Positions 38,411 through 48,536 are shown, numbered from the stretch's first letter. The stretch: 49,452 bases of DNA from an uncultured Dehalococcoidia bacterium (GCA_964436745.1 CAYTEC010000002.1:6287-55738); one strand, 5' to 3'. Numbers and translations are program-made. Notes: a model not told the origin generated them from the letters alone.

Positions 38411-40246
38411 ATGGGCATCGAAGCGCTGACACGCGACGACGCCGGCAACGACGTCACCCCTCGGTCATCGGACGATTGGCGGGGCTGGGTGTCCGCGACC
38501 GCCACGCGCAACTACATGATGAAGAACACCCTGGCCGATTGGCTGGACCTGTACGGGGAGAAGGCCGGGTTCACCCGCGACACCGCCATGCCCGGCCACG
38601 ACCGCCGCACCGACTTCACGCTGTTCATCTTTCGGCAGGGCAACGCCTTCGAGACCGCCGTCGTCCGGCACGTGGAGACCCTGGTCCCCATGGTGTCCAT
38701 CGCCCGCGGCCCCTCCGCCGCCCGCAACCTCCGACGGGCGGAGGAAACCTTCGAGGCCATGCGGGCGGGCGAGCAGCTCATCTACCAGGGGGTCCTGTGG
38801 GACGCCGAGAACCGCACCTACGGCGCTCCCGACTTCCTGATCCGCTCCGATGTGCTGCTGAGCCTGTTCCCATCGACCATCACCGACGAGGAGGCGCGGC
38901 GCCCCGCCCCTGACATCGGCGCGGACTCCTGGCACTACATCGTCGTCGACGTCAAGTTCACCACGCTGGACCTGAGGTCGGGCGGCGCAATGGGGGACGG
39001 CGGCTCCAGCCCAGCCTACAAAGCCCAGGCATTTGTGTACAACCGAGCGCTCGGGCGGCTGCAGGGGTTCGCGCCCTCGGAATCGTACCTGTTGGGGCGA
39101 AACTGGCGGCAGCAGCAGGGGAAGGAAACGCTCCGGGGCACGGGATCCATGGAGCGGCTGGGCGCGGTGCGATTGGAATCGACCCTGGGCGGGCGGCCGC
39201 TCGCGGACCGCGTGGTCGAAGCGGCGGGCTGGGTGCGGCGTGTCCGATCGGAGGGCGGTGACTGGCGAGTCCTGCCGCGGCCTTCGGCGCCGGAGCTCTG
39301 GCCCAGCAACGGGGGCAGCAGCGGCTTCCCGTGGGGCACGACCCACGCCCGCATCACTGCCGAGCTGTCCGACCTGACGATGCTCTGGCAGGTCGGCGAC
39401 GACAAGCGAAACCGCGCCCACGCCCAGGGCATATACAGCTGGCGCGATCCCCGGTGCACCGCGGAGGCCCTGGAGGTCACCGGCGACCACAACCGCGCCA
39501 CCCTCCAGGCCATCCTGGACGTCAACCAATCCGAGGACGGCCCCGCCGTCACGCCGCCCCGCGTGTCCGCCGCCGAGGACCAGTGGCGCGCACCCCCTCC
39601 GTTGGAGTTCTACGTCGACTTCGAGACGGTGAGCGATCTGGCCGACGACTTCTCGACGATCCCTGCCAAAGGAGGCCGGCCTCTCATCTTCATGATCGGC
39701 TGCGGGCACATGGAGGGGGGTGAGTGGACGTTCCGCTGCTTCATCGCGGAGGACCTCAGCGAGGCCGCCGAGGAACGGGTCATCGACGGCTGGCTGGAGC
39801 ACATGGAGGATGTGAAGCGACGCATGGGGGTGACGGACGACGTCCGGGTGCTCCACTGGTCCCAGGCTGAGGTTTCCGAGATGGAGACCAGCTACCGATC
39901 GGCGGCGGCGCGCCACCCGACCAGGACGTGGCCCCCGGTCCAGTGGTTCGACTTTCTGGGCCAGGTAGTCCGGGCCGAGCCGGTTGTCGTGCGCGGCGCG
40001 TTCGGCTTTGGGTTGAAGGCCGTCGCCAAGGCCCTGCACGGGCAGGGGCTCATCGAGACGCGCTGGGACGACGGCCCCATGGACGGGCTCGGCGCGATGG
40101 TGGGGGCGTGGTGGTGTGCCGAGGAGGCGCAGACGGCGGGGATCGCGCTGGCGGACGTCCCGCTGATGGGTGAGATCGCGCGGTACAATGAAGTGGACTG
40201 TCGGGTTGTGATGGAGATTGTGCGATACCTGAGGGAGCACCATTGA
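38411..40246 (+). CDS. TM0106-like RecB-family nuclease with C-terminal RNase H-like domain
   Basis: GAPDFLIRSD..YIVVDVKF..YKAQAFVY (PD-(D/E)xK, RecB-type QxxxY) and FYVDFET..HWSQAE..FGLKAVA..YNEVDC. Confidence 0.8.
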   Translation: MGIEALTRDDAGNDVTPRSSDDWRGWVSATATRNYMMKNTLADWLDLYGEKAGFTRDTAMPGHDRRTDFTLFIFRQGNAFETAVVRHVETLVPMVSIARGPSAARNLRRAEETFEAMRAGEQLIYQGVLWDAENRTYGAPDFLIRSDVLLSLFPSTITDEEARRPAPDIGADSWHYIVVDVKFTTLDLRSGGAMGDGGSSPAYKAQAFVYNRALGRLQGFAPSESYLLGRNWRQQQGKETLRGTGSMERLGAVRLESTLGGRPLADRVVEAAGWVRRVRSEGGDWRVLPRPSAPELWPSNGGSSGFPWGTTHARITAELSDLTMLWQVGDDKRNRAHAQGIYSWRDPRCTAEALEVTGDHNRATLQAILDVNQSEDGPAVTPPRVSAAEDQWRAPPPLEFYVDFETVSDLADDFSTIPAKGGRPLIFMIGCGHMEGGEWTFRCFIAEDLSEAAEERVIDGWLEHMEDVKRRMGVTDDVRVLHWSQAEVSEMETSYRSAAARHPTRTWPPVQWFDFLGQVVRAEPVVVRGAFGFGLKAVAKALHGQGLIETRWDDGPMDGLGAMVGAWWCAEEAQTAGIALADVPLMGEIARYNEVDCRVVMEIVRYLREHH

Positions 40247-40247
40247 T

Positions 40248-40389
40248 AGGGTGCGGGAAGAGTGGAGCCCGGGGGGTGGAGCCCCTTTCGCAGTCCTTCC
40301 ACCGAAGGCTGGGGCGTCTCCCAGATATAATCTCCACCCATTTCTTGGCCAGAAACGGGGTGGTCGAAACGTGTCTGTCATCGGTCTGC
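40248..40389. repeat. Multi-hairpin intergenic repeat (MITE-like), copy 2, diverged
   Basis: Colinear similarity to 21098-21260. Confidence 0.7.
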
Positions 40390-40454
40390 CACACCCCGTC
40401 GCCCGCTTTTCGTCCCTTCACCGGCTTGGTGGTGAAGAATTGACTGCCAGAAAA

Positions 40455-40487
40455 TGGGTTGCATCTCGGCGCAACCCAAGCTAGGAT
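40455..40487 (+). promoter_or_regulatory. Promoter with overlapping perfect inverted repeat
   Basis: TTGCAT-N17-TAGGAT. TGGGTTGC-N8-GCAACCCA spans the -35 box. Confidence 0.55.
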
Positions 40488-40516
40488 AGCGGCATGTGAG
40501 CATGGAGGAGGTATCG

Positions 40517-40657
40517 ATGGAAGCCTACTGTCTGAAGTGCAGGACGAAGCGAGAGATCCAGGGAGCCACCCAGGTGACGCTCAAGAACGGCAGGCCGGCC
40601 ACTCAGGGAACCTGTCCGGTCTGCAGCACCAAGGTATTCCGCATCGGCAAGGGCTAG
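40517..40657 (+). CDS. DUF5679-like 46-aa zinc-ribbon microprotein (not in ORF track)
   Basis: GGAGGAGGT RBS, then MEAYCLKCRTKREIQGATQVTLKNGRPATQGTCPVCSTKVFRIGKG-stop. Confidence 0.9.
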   Translation: MEAYCLKCRTKREIQGATQVTLKNGRPATQGTCPVCSTKVFRIGKG

Positions 40658-40693
40658 CCCGAACCCGGGGCCGGCGCGCCGTCGGCCCCGGGA

Positions 40694-41452
40694 ATGCCGC
40701 TCATGAACAGACGAGACGCGGTCCTAGAGAGGGCGATCCGGGGCTACCAGGGCCAGACGGTGCCCTACGAGGTTCCCATCTCCGTCTACCCCGCGGACGC
40801 CGGCGTCATCATCGTACAGGCGCCGGGAGCCGGGGAGCTCAAGGACGGGCGGAAGGACCGCTACGACACGCTGGCGCGCCATCTCCAGGGGCGTAGCGTG
40901 GCGAGCTTCGTTACGCACAATCCCCCCCGTGCCGACGCCCAGTTCAAGTACCCGGAAGAGCCGTACTCGTACCGCGACGCTAGCTGGAACACCATCGCGG
41001 TCGAGAGCATGGCGCACGTCCTGGACTACGTGCTGGAGCACTCGGAGGAGATTTGCGGGGCGGCTTCGCCGGTCATCTACCTCTCGGGGTTCTCCGCCGG
41101 CGGCTCCACGTGCGGCGCGGTGGCCCACCGCTACTCCGAGGTGCGGCGGGTGCTGCTGGCCTCGACGTACGACAGCGTGGGCGACCCATTCTACGATGGG
41201 ATCGGCCGGTTCACCGGGGACCTGCATGTAGCGTACGGCGCGTTGGACCTGGTGGCGAAGATGCTGGCGCACATGATGCAGTACCTGGCCGCGTCCGTGA
41301 GCAGCCTGCAAGTCCGCGAGGCGCCGGATTGCGACCACGGGTTTCGCGGGGCCGACAACGGCCGGGCGCTCGCCAACGCCTACGAGTGGGCGTTCGTGGG
41401 CGACGACGCCTTCCCGTCACCCGAGGGCGGATTGCTGCTCTACGAGGACTGA
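40694..41452 (+). CDS. Alpha/beta hydrolase fold protein
   Basis: IYLSGFSAGG nucleophile elbow, YGALD, DCDHGF. Confidence 0.8.
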   Translation: MPLMNRRDAVLERAIRGYQGQTVPYEVPISVYPADAGVIIVQAPGAGELKDGRKDRYDTLARHLQGRSVASFVTHNPPRADAQFKYPEEPYSYRDASWNTIAVESMAHVLDYVLEHSEEICGAASPVIYLSGFSAGGSTCGAVAHRYSEVRRVLLASTYDSVGDPFYDGIGRFTGDLHVAYGALDLVAKMLAHMMQYLAASVSSLQVREAPDCDHGFRGADNGRALANAYEWAFVGDDAFPSPEGGLLLYED

Positions 41453-41493
41453 CGCCCCTCCCACGTGCCCCCTACCATGCGCCGTGCCGAGGA

Positions 41494-41523
41494 TTGACAC
41501 CCCCACGGGGCCGCGCGTATCGT
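41494..41523 (+). promoter_or_regulatory. Candidate sigma70 promoter
   Basis: TTGACA-N18-TATCGT upstream of the 41571-45392 gene run. Confidence 0.5.
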
Positions 41524-41570
41524 GACGGTCGAGGCCGCTCGGTCTCCCGCACGGTCCCTGGAGGCGCCCG

Positions 41571-41780
41571 ATGCCAACGTACCTGGTGACCCCACCCCCG
41601 TTCCAGCGGCGCATGGCGTTCATGGATGCTCTGGAGGCCGCGGGCATCGACTACCATCGCGACCGCCAGGAGTACATCGTCTACCTGAAGGACCGGCAGC
41701 TGGAGGCGTTCAACCTGATCCACCGTGAGTTCGAGCTCGCGGTTTCCGAAGACGACCCGATGATGACCATGGGCATGTAG
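41571..41780 (+). CDS. Small hypothetical protein (69 aa)
   Basis: GGAGG RBS, ATG, strong GC3 bias. Confidence 0.7.
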   Translation: MPTYLVTPPPFQRRMAFMDALEAAGIDYHRDRQEYIVYLKDRQLEAFNLIHREFELAVSEDDPMMTMGM

Positions 41781-41811
41781 CAGGGGCCCTCGGGCCAGCG
41801 GGAGGCGGGCG

Positions 41812-42468
41812 GTGACGACGGCCAGGATCCAGGTGACCGGCCACGAGAGCGAGGGCGACGGAGAGGTGGGAGAGCGCATCGCGCTTCACACCGACCAGGG
41901 GGACATCGGCTGCCTGCTGCTGCCCGCGCCGGGCGCCACGGCCGCCGTAATCTGGTCCGGATCGTGGGCGACGTACGGGGGCCAGGAACGGGTCAGCCCC
42001 ATAACTCGCAGCGTATCCGCGGACCTGCAGGCTGATGGCATATCGTCGCTGATCGTGCGCTACCGCAAGTCCCGGGAGCTGCCAGCCGCGGCACGAGATA
42101 CGGAGGCGGGCGTCCTCTTCCTCCAGGAGCAGGGCTACCAGCGGATAGCAGTGGTGGGCCACTCTTTCGCGGCGGCCGTCGCGATCACGGCTGGGGAGGC
42201 GTGCTCGGGGGTGAACGCGGTCGTCGCCCTGGCCAGCCAGACATACGGCGCGCGCCCCGCAGCGTACCTCTCCCCCAAGCCCCTTCTCCTGGTCCACGGC
42301 ACGGAAGACACGCGGTTGAACGTCTACTGCTCGGAGCAGATCTACTCGTGGGCCAAGCAGCCGAAGGAGCTGGTCATCCTGGAAGGCGCGTCCCACGGCC
42401 TATCGGAGTGCAGCGACACCCTCTTCCCGCTCCTGCGCCGCTGGCTGACTGAGAAGTTGGCGGAATGA
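41812..42468 (+). CDS. Alpha/beta hydrolase
   Basis: IAVVGHSFAAAVAI, LASQTYGA, LLLVHGTEDTRL, EGASHGL. Confidence 0.85.
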   Translation: MTTARIQVTGHESEGDGEVGERIALHTDQGDIGCLLLPAPGATAAVIWSGSWATYGGQERVSPITRSVSADLQADGISSLIVRYRKSRELPAAARDTEAGVLFLQEQGYQRIAVVGHSFAAAVAITAGEACSGVNAVVALASQTYGARPAAYLSPKPLLLVHGTEDTRLNVYCSEQIYSWAKQPKELVILEGASHGLSECSDTLFPLLRRWLTEKLAE

Positions 42469-43883
42469 CGGAGACCGCCCCGGCCCGCCTCACCCGTCGC
42501 ATCTACCCCCTCGACCCGCGGGAGCTCACCGAGGAGGAGCTGGCCGTCGTCTTCGCCATGACCTCCAGGCGGCCAGAGCCGTTCGACGAGACCCAGCGGC
42601 TGGTGACTACCGAGAAGGCCGCTAACTTCCACGAACGATGGGTTCTCGGCTACGGCCACGCGTCAGTCGCCGAGCACGCCGTCCTCCATCTGGCCGTCGA
42701 GAACATCTCTCGCCTGGCGTGTGACGCTCTGGAGGACAACCGGCTGGCGTCGTTCACCGAGAAGTCGTCGCGCTACCAGGTGCTCGACCAGGGCGCATAC
42801 CACGTTCCGGGGGAGCTGGACCGCTACCCCGAGGCAGGTCAGGCATACCGGGAGGCCTCCGACCGGCTGTTCGCCATCTACGAGCGGCTGGTGAAGGTAA
42901 TGCAAGCGTACCTCGCGGCGGTTGAGCCCCGCCTGAGCGACGAGCGCGGCGCGTCACACCGCATCCGGCTGCGTAGGATCGCCACCGACACCTGCCGCTT
43001 CGTACTCCCCGCGTCGACGCTCACGAACGTCGGCGTGACCATGAACGCCCGGTCGGTGGAGCACGCCGTCCGCAAGCTGCTGTCGTCGGAGCTCCAGGAG
43101 GAGCGGGAGATCGGCAAGGGGTTGAAAGAGCAGGCGCGCGTCGTCACGCCCACCCTCATCCGCTATGCGGAGCGCAACGACTACCTGGAGCTAAGCCGCG
43201 ACCGGCTCCGCGACGCGGCCCCGGAGCCCACGGCGGACCCGGTGGCCGCGGGCCCTTCGACGGGCGTCTCGGCGCGTCTGGTGGACTGGGATCCACTCGC
43301 CCAAGCGAGGCTGGTGGCCGCGCTGCTGTACCGGAACGCCGGCCTCCCCTACGAGGAGGTGTGGCGGCGCGCCCAGGGGTTTTCCGAGGCCGAGCAGGAG
43401 GCCGTGCTCGCGGCCGCGCTGGACGGCCTCGGCGACCACGACGCGCCGGTGCGGGAGCTGGAGCAGGTGGCCTACACCTTCGAGCTCCTCATGGACTACG
43501 GCGCGTACCGGGAGTTCAAACGCCACCGGATGCAATCGTACCTCCCGCAGCCCCTTACCGTGGCGGAGGGGTACGTCACGCCGCCGCTGATCGCGCAGGC
43601 GGGGCTGGCGTCAGAGTTCGCCGAGGCGATGGATGTCTCAGCTTCGGCCCACCGTCGCCTGGCCGCGACGGCCCCACCCCGGCTGGCGGAGTACGCCGTC
43701 ACCCACGCCCACCTGCGCCGGGTGATGACCAGGGTGAACCTGCGCGAGTGCTATACCCTCTTCCAACTCCGCATCCAGCCCGAGGCCCACTTTACGATCA
43801 GGGATGCGATGGGCCAAGCCCTCGACTGCCTACGGGAGGTCCACCCGCTGCTGGTCCAATACGTCCGGCTCCGGGGCCAATAG
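42465..43883 (+). CDS. thyX: FAD-dependent thymidylate synthase, long two-domain form
   Basis: GYGHASVAEHA, SFTEKSSRY, RFVLPASTLTN and second-domain YREFKRHRM. ATGA overlap with the upstream gene. Confidence 0.9.
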   Translation: MTETAPARLTRRIYPLDPRELTEEELAVVFAMTSRRPEPFDETQRLVTTEKAANFHERWVLGYGHASVAEHAVLHLAVENISRLACDALEDNRLASFTEKSSRYQVLDQGAYHVPGELDRYPEAGQAYREASDRLFAIYERLVKVMQAYLAAVEPRLSDERGASHRIRLRRIATDTCRFVLPASTLTNVGVTMNARSVEHAVRKLLSSELQEEREIGKGLKEQARVVTPTLIRYAERNDYLELSRDRLRDAAPEPTADPVAAGPSTGVSARLVDWDPLAQARLVAALLYRNAGLPYEEVWRRAQGFSEAEQEAVLAAALDGLGDHDAPVRELEQVAYTFELLMDYGAYREFKRHRMQSYLPQPLTVAEGYVTPPLIAQAGLASEFAEAMDVSASAHRRLAATAPPRLAEYAVTHAHLRRVMTRVNLRECYTLFQLRIQPEAHFTIRDAMGQALDCLREVHPLLVQYVRLRGQ

Positions 43884-43892
43884 GCGGCGCCG

Positions 43893-44657
43893 ATGGATCT
43901 CCCCCCGCTCCAGACGGGCCGTCTGGTCCGCCGGGTCAACCGGTTCGTGGCCCTGGTGTCGCTCGGCGGGGTTGAGACCGAGGTCCATATAGCGAACACC
44001 GGGCGGCTGCGCGAGCTTCTGGTCCCGGGCGCCGAATGCTACCTGACCCCCCAGAGCGCGCCACACCGTAGGACCGGCTACGATCTCACGCTCGTTGCGG
44101 TTCCCGTGAGTTCGGACCAGGCCCTCCAGAAGCCACGAGCACCGTACGCTTCCCCCGAGCGTAAAACACTTGTGGTAGCGGACACGCGACTACCGAACGC
44201 GGTCGTGTGGGAGGCGTGGGAGCGGGGCTGGCTGCCGGGCTTCGAGGGGTACGACGCGGGCCGTCGCGAAGTGACTTTCGAGGACAGTCGCATGGACCTG
44301 CTGCTGGAAGGGACACCGGGGCGGTGCCTGATCGAGGTGAAGTCGGTGACGCTGGTCCTTCGCGGCGAAGGACTGGTGGAGGGTAACGTAGGCCTCTTCC
44401 CGGATTCCCCGACAGAGCGGGGGCGTCGCCACGTGGCGACGCTGGCGCGGGCGGTGGGGCAGGGGTACCGAGCGGCCGTGCTCTTCGTCGTCCAGCGCGA
44501 TGACGCAGTGGCTTGCGCGCCCAACGACGCCACCGACCCCGCGTTCGGCGCGGCGCTCCGCGCGGCGGTATCGGCGGGGGTTGAGGCACACGCGTTCACG
44601 TGCAGGGTGACGCCTCGGGAGGTCCGGCTGCTCGACCCGATTCCGGTGCGGCTCTAA
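43893..44657 (+). CDS. sfsA: DNA/RNA nuclease SfsA
   Basis: RRVNRF, HIANTGRLREL, SRMDLLL..IEVKSVTL, FPDSPTERGRRH, FVVQR. Confidence 0.93.
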   Translation: MDLPPLQTGRLVRRVNRFVALVSLGGVETEVHIANTGRLRELLVPGAECYLTPQSAPHRRTGYDLTLVAVPVSSDQALQKPRAPYASPERKTLVVADTRLPNAVVWEAWERGWLPGFEGYDAGRREVTFEDSRMDLLLEGTPGRCLIEVKSVTLVLRGEGLVEGNVGLFPDSPTERGRRHVATLARAVGQGYRAAVLFVVQRDDAVACAPNDATDPAFGAALRAAVSAGVEAHAFTCRVTPREVRLLDPIPVRL

Positions 44658-44684
44658 GCATTCCACGAGCGGGGAGGCCGACGC

Positions 44685-45392
44685 ATGGTCCCGAATCCCC
44701 TCCAGGGAAATGGCTCCGAAGGCAAGGCCGCCCGCCTGCTGGATGTGCACCAAAGGCTGCTGGCGGCCTACGGTCCCCAGGGATGGTGGCCGGGCGGGGC
44801 CGGTCCGTTCGAGGTGTGCGTCGGCGCCATCCTGACCCAATCCGCGGCGTGGACGAACGTCGAGATGGCGCTGGCGCGGATGCGCGCGGCCGAGGTCCTT
44901 TCGCTCGATGGCCTGCACCGGACCCCCGTGGAAGCTCTGGCGCAGATCATCCGGCCGTCGGGGTACTTCAACGCCAAGGCGCGCAAGCTCAAGGCCTTCG
45001 CCACCCACGTCCACCACGGCCATGGAGGCGATCTGGCGGCGATGCTGACGCGGCCCATGGAAGGCCTGCGGCCGGAGCTCCTTGCCGTTCACGGCATCGG
45101 CGAGGAGACCGCCGACGACATCGTGCTGTACGCAGCCCACCAGCCCAGCTTCGTGGTGGACGCGTTCACCCGGCGCATCCTAACGCGCCTTGGCCTGGCG
45201 CCGCCGGTGGACCGGTACGAGTCCTATCGCGCCCTCTTCATGGACGCCCTGCCAGAAGACACGGCGCTCTACCAGGAGTACCACGCGCTGCTGGTGCGGC
45301 TCGCGAAGGAGGCGTGCGCGAAGCGGGCGCCCCGGTGCGGCGGATGCCCGCTGCGGGACATCTGCCCAACGGGGCGAGAGTGGGCGGCCTGA
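44685..45392 (+). CDS. Endonuclease III-related HhH-GPD DNA glycosylase
   Basis: YGPQGWWP, FEVCVGAILTQ, IRPSGYFNAKA, GIGEETADDIVLYA, YHALLV..C..RAPRCGGCPLRDIC. Confidence 0.92.
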   Translation: MVPNPLQGNGSEGKAARLLDVHQRLLAAYGPQGWWPGGAGPFEVCVGAILTQSAAWTNVEMALARMRAAEVLSLDGLHRTPVEALAQIIRPSGYFNAKARKLKAFATHVHHGHGGDLAAMLTRPMEGLRPELLAVHGIGEETADDIVLYAAHQPSFVVDAFTRRILTRLGLAPPVDRYESYRALFMDALPEDTALYQEYHALLVRLAKEACAKRAPRCGGCPLRDICPTGREWAA

Positions 45393-45435
45393 CGGCGGCC
45401 GCGTACGCGAATGCGCTGGGACCGCGCCCATCGCC

Positions 45436-46350
45436 CTACAGCAGCTCGCCGAGTGTCAGCCAGTAGAAGACGATGTACCCGCCCGCTACGAGCATCAGCG
45501 CGGCGCTCGCCCGCTGCATGAATGGGAGGGCTCGTCGCAGAGCGCCCGACATCGCGCCCTTGAAGAGCGATATGCCGGCGGTCAGAAGCATGACCACGAA
45601 GCCCATGCCGAGCCCGTAGAGGAAGAACTGGGCCGCGGCGGCGACCGCGCCCGACGTGGCCAGCGTGGCGCCCACGACGGTGAGGAAGATGGGCAGCGTG
45701 CAGCTCAGGGACGCGGTGCCATAGCTCACGCCGAAGAGGAAGTAGCCTCGAACCGTGACCTCGCCCGGATTCCCGATTCGAGAGCTCGCCCGCGCGGCCA
45801 ACCCACTGTACAGCTTGCCTCCCCCGAGCAGCCACGATCCAGCCGCCACCAGGACCACGCCGACGGCCAGCCCGACCCAGGGCATGATGCTGACGATGGA
45901 GCGAGCGCCGGCGCCAATGAGCAACCCGACTATCCCGAACATGGCCACAAGCCCGGCCGTCACCACCCCGCCAACGACCATCGCCCTGCCAAGACGGCGA
46001 AACACATGCCTCGCGCCCGCGGCGGCGTCATGGGAGCCCAGATAGAGACCGAGATATGCCGGCAACATGGCGAAACCGCATGGATTCACGGTCGACACCA
46101 TGCCCGCGGCGAAGGCGAACCCCAGCGGCGCCACGGCCCCCACGTTCCCCAACAGCGCGCTGGAGCGTCCCGACAGGGATTCGACGAGGCCGTTGGCCCC
46201 CCCCCCGACGGCCTCCGAGCCCTCGCCGGTGAGGACGGCGCCGCCGTAGGCCACGGCCAGCACCAGGAAGCCGCCAATTGACGGAACGGCCAGCGCGCGC
46301 GCCGAGCCGGCTCCCTGCCGGTTCAGATTCTCCGTCCCCTCCTGGCTCAT
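45436..46350 (-). CDS. ccdA: Cytochrome c biogenesis CcdA/DsbD-TM family protein
   Basis: AFAAGMVSTVNPCGFAMLPAY and ASLSCTLPIF (conserved Cys pair), hydrophobic. GGAGG RBS before ATG 46350. Confidence 0.88.
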   Translation of the reverse strand: MSQEGTENLNRQGAGSARALAVPSIGGFLVLAVAYGGAVLTGEGSEAVGGGANGLVESLSGRSSALLGNVGAVAPLGFAFAAGMVSTVNPCGFAMLPAYLGLYLGSHDAAAGARHVFRRLGRAMVVGGVVTAGLVAMFGIVGLLIGAGARSIVSIMPWVGLAVGVVLVAAGSWLLGGGKLYSGLAARASSRIGNPGEVTVRGYFLFGVSYGTASLSCTLPIFLTVVGATLATSGAVAAAAQFFLYGLGMGFVVMLLTAGISLFKGAMSGALRRALPFMQRASAALMLVAGGYIVFYWLTLGELL

Positions 46351-46454
46351 GCTCCCCCTCCAGCTCCGAACGTTGCCGCGTTGGGACGATACGAGAACAC
46401 GTGGGTCATGTGTCACGTTGCGTGGTCACGGCCCGCCGCGCTCCCAGCCGGTCG

Positions 46455-46709
46455 TCACGCAACGGCGCAGGCGGCATTCCCGCTCACGACGCGGTGCAGG
46501 CGCTCGTCGTCAAGATTCCCAAGACCGGACCACAGAATGCCCCCGGGTGTCCGCAAATACGGGACACCCTCTTCCGTGATGCCCGACCGGATGACGGCCG
46601 AGATCAGGCCATGCAGACCTGATAGGTCCAGCCGTGCGCGTGACCGGGACCGATCCGGGTCTTGGCCCGACGTAGCCCTTGCAGTGCCTTCGGCCTTGAA
46701 GTCATTCAT
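46455..46709 (-). CDS. Hypothetical protein (84 aa)
   Basis: AAGGAGG RBS 4 nt before ATG 46709. No recognisable motif. Confidence 0.5.
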   Translation of the reverse strand: MNDFKAEGTARATSGQDPDRSRSRARLDLSGLHGLISAVIRSGITEEGVPYLRTPGGILWSGLGNLDDERLHRVVSGNAACAVA

Positions 46710-47014
46710 GACGCCTCCTTGCATCGCTGCCGGCGGGGAAGGTTCCCAACACTATCGTTGAGATGCGGAGTCGTCCCACAGCGATGCCGCATTCCGGCCG
46801 AGAGCCTCCCGGCGTGGGCGCTCGGACCCGAAATCCGTGATCGGCCTCGCGGCCCATGTCCGCGCACCCTTGCGTTGGCCCACGCATCACATGAATAGTG
46901 ACCCCACTTGAACTCGGGGTAGGCGGCGCGCCGGAAGAGTACGGACGGCTACCCGGCGCCGTCGTGACGGGATAGACTACGCTGTACGTCCAGCAACGAG
47001 GAGGACCCGCGGGC

Positions 47015-48399
47015 ATGGTTGAGACCTACGATGTCATAGTGATTGGCGGAGGCCCGTCAGGAGAGAACGTGGCAGGCCGAACCGCCGGCGGGGGGCTGAA
47101 GACGGTCCTCATCGAGGGGGAGCTGCTCGGCGGTGAGTGCGACTACTGGGCGTGCATGCCGAGCAAGGTGCTGCTGAGGCCTGGAGAAGCGTTGGCCGCC
47201 GCGAGGCGGGTTCCAGGCGCGCGGGAGGCATCGACCGGGACGATTGACCTGGAAGCCGTCCTAGCATGGCGTCGGTACATGACCCGAGACCACAGCGACG
47301 AAAGCCAGGTCGGCTGGGTGGCCTCAACGGGGTCCGACCTCATCAGGGGGCAGGCCCGACTCGACGGGCCGCGGAAGGTCGTCGTGGTCCAAGCGGACGG
47401 GTCGGAAAGGCAGCTGGAAGCAACGAAGGCAGTGGTTGTCGCTACCGGGTCTCGAAGCGTGATGCCGCCGATCCCCGGCCTGTCGGACGCTCGCCCGTGG
47501 GACAACAGGATTGCGACGTCCGTGGACACACCGCCGCGACGCCTCCTGGTGCTCGGCGGCGGCGTGGTGGGCTGCGAGCTCGCTCAGGCGTGGAGCTCCT
47601 TGGGCTCGACGGAGGTCACCATCATCGAGGCCCAACCCAACCTCCTGGCCACCTACGAGTCCTTTGCCGGGGAGATCCTGGGCAAGGTGTTCGAGGACCG
47701 GTTTGGCATCCGGGTACTCACAAGCAAGCGCGCCACCGAAGTACGCCGCCAGGGAGACGAGGTGACGGTGACGCTGGACGACGGGTCGACAGTCTCGGGC
47801 GACGAGATTCTGGTGGCCGTGGGGCGGCGAGCCCGGACGGACGATCTGGGCGCGTAGACCGTGGGCCTGGAGCCGGGGAGGCCCATAGAGGTGAACGACT
47901 GCAGGCCGTGGCCGTGCATGACGGCTGGCTCTACGCCGTGGGCGACGTGAACGGCCGCAACATGCAGACCTACATGGGCAAGTATCACGGTCGCATCGCG
48001 GGCGATCACATCAAGGGGAAGCCCGTGGCGGCGGTGGGTGACGCCTACGCTCCAAAGGTCGTCTTCACCGACCCACAGGCGGCCTCCGTGGGCCTATCCG
48101 AGGCGGAGGCCAGAAACGCCGGCCTCAGCGTGCGCACCGTGGAGTACGGCTACGGCTGGAGCGGCGGCGGGTCCATTCTGGGGTATGACACGGAGGGCAT
48201 GTGCAAGTGGGTCGTGGATGAGAGCGCGAAGGTGCTCGTTGGCGCGACGTTCGTCGGCCCCGGAGCGGGCGAGCAGATCCACGCCGCCACCATCGCGATC
48301 GCGGGGAAGGTGCCGCTGGACGTCCTCTGGCACGCGGTCCCGCCCTTCCCGACGATCAGCGAGTTCTGGCTGAGTTTCCTTCTGGAGTACGGCTACTAG
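47015..48399 (+). pseudogene. Dihydrolipoamide dehydrogenase/MerA-like flavoprotein disulfide reductase, disrupted
   Basis: YDVIVIGGGPSG, GGECDYWACMPSK, LGGGVVGCE. In-frame TAG at 47855-47857 and frameshift near 47899 before WLYAVGDVNG..VVFTDPQ..HAVPPFPT. Confidence 0.88.
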
Positions 48400-48536
48400 C
48401 CGGCAGGGACGGTCCAACACGGTAGCTACCGGCGGTCGCCGCGACCGAGGCCGGACCAGCCGCAGGACTCGCGACCGAGCTCGTGCTCGGCGTCCGCCCG
48501 CCGTCGTCGTGCGCAACGGCCACACCGGGTCTGCCC

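Noticed and set aside
47855-47857. In-frame TAG as pyrrolysine or stop-codon recoding
   Set aside because: The context DLGA*TVGL suggests GAG to TAG, a frameshift follows, and TAG ends many intact genes here.
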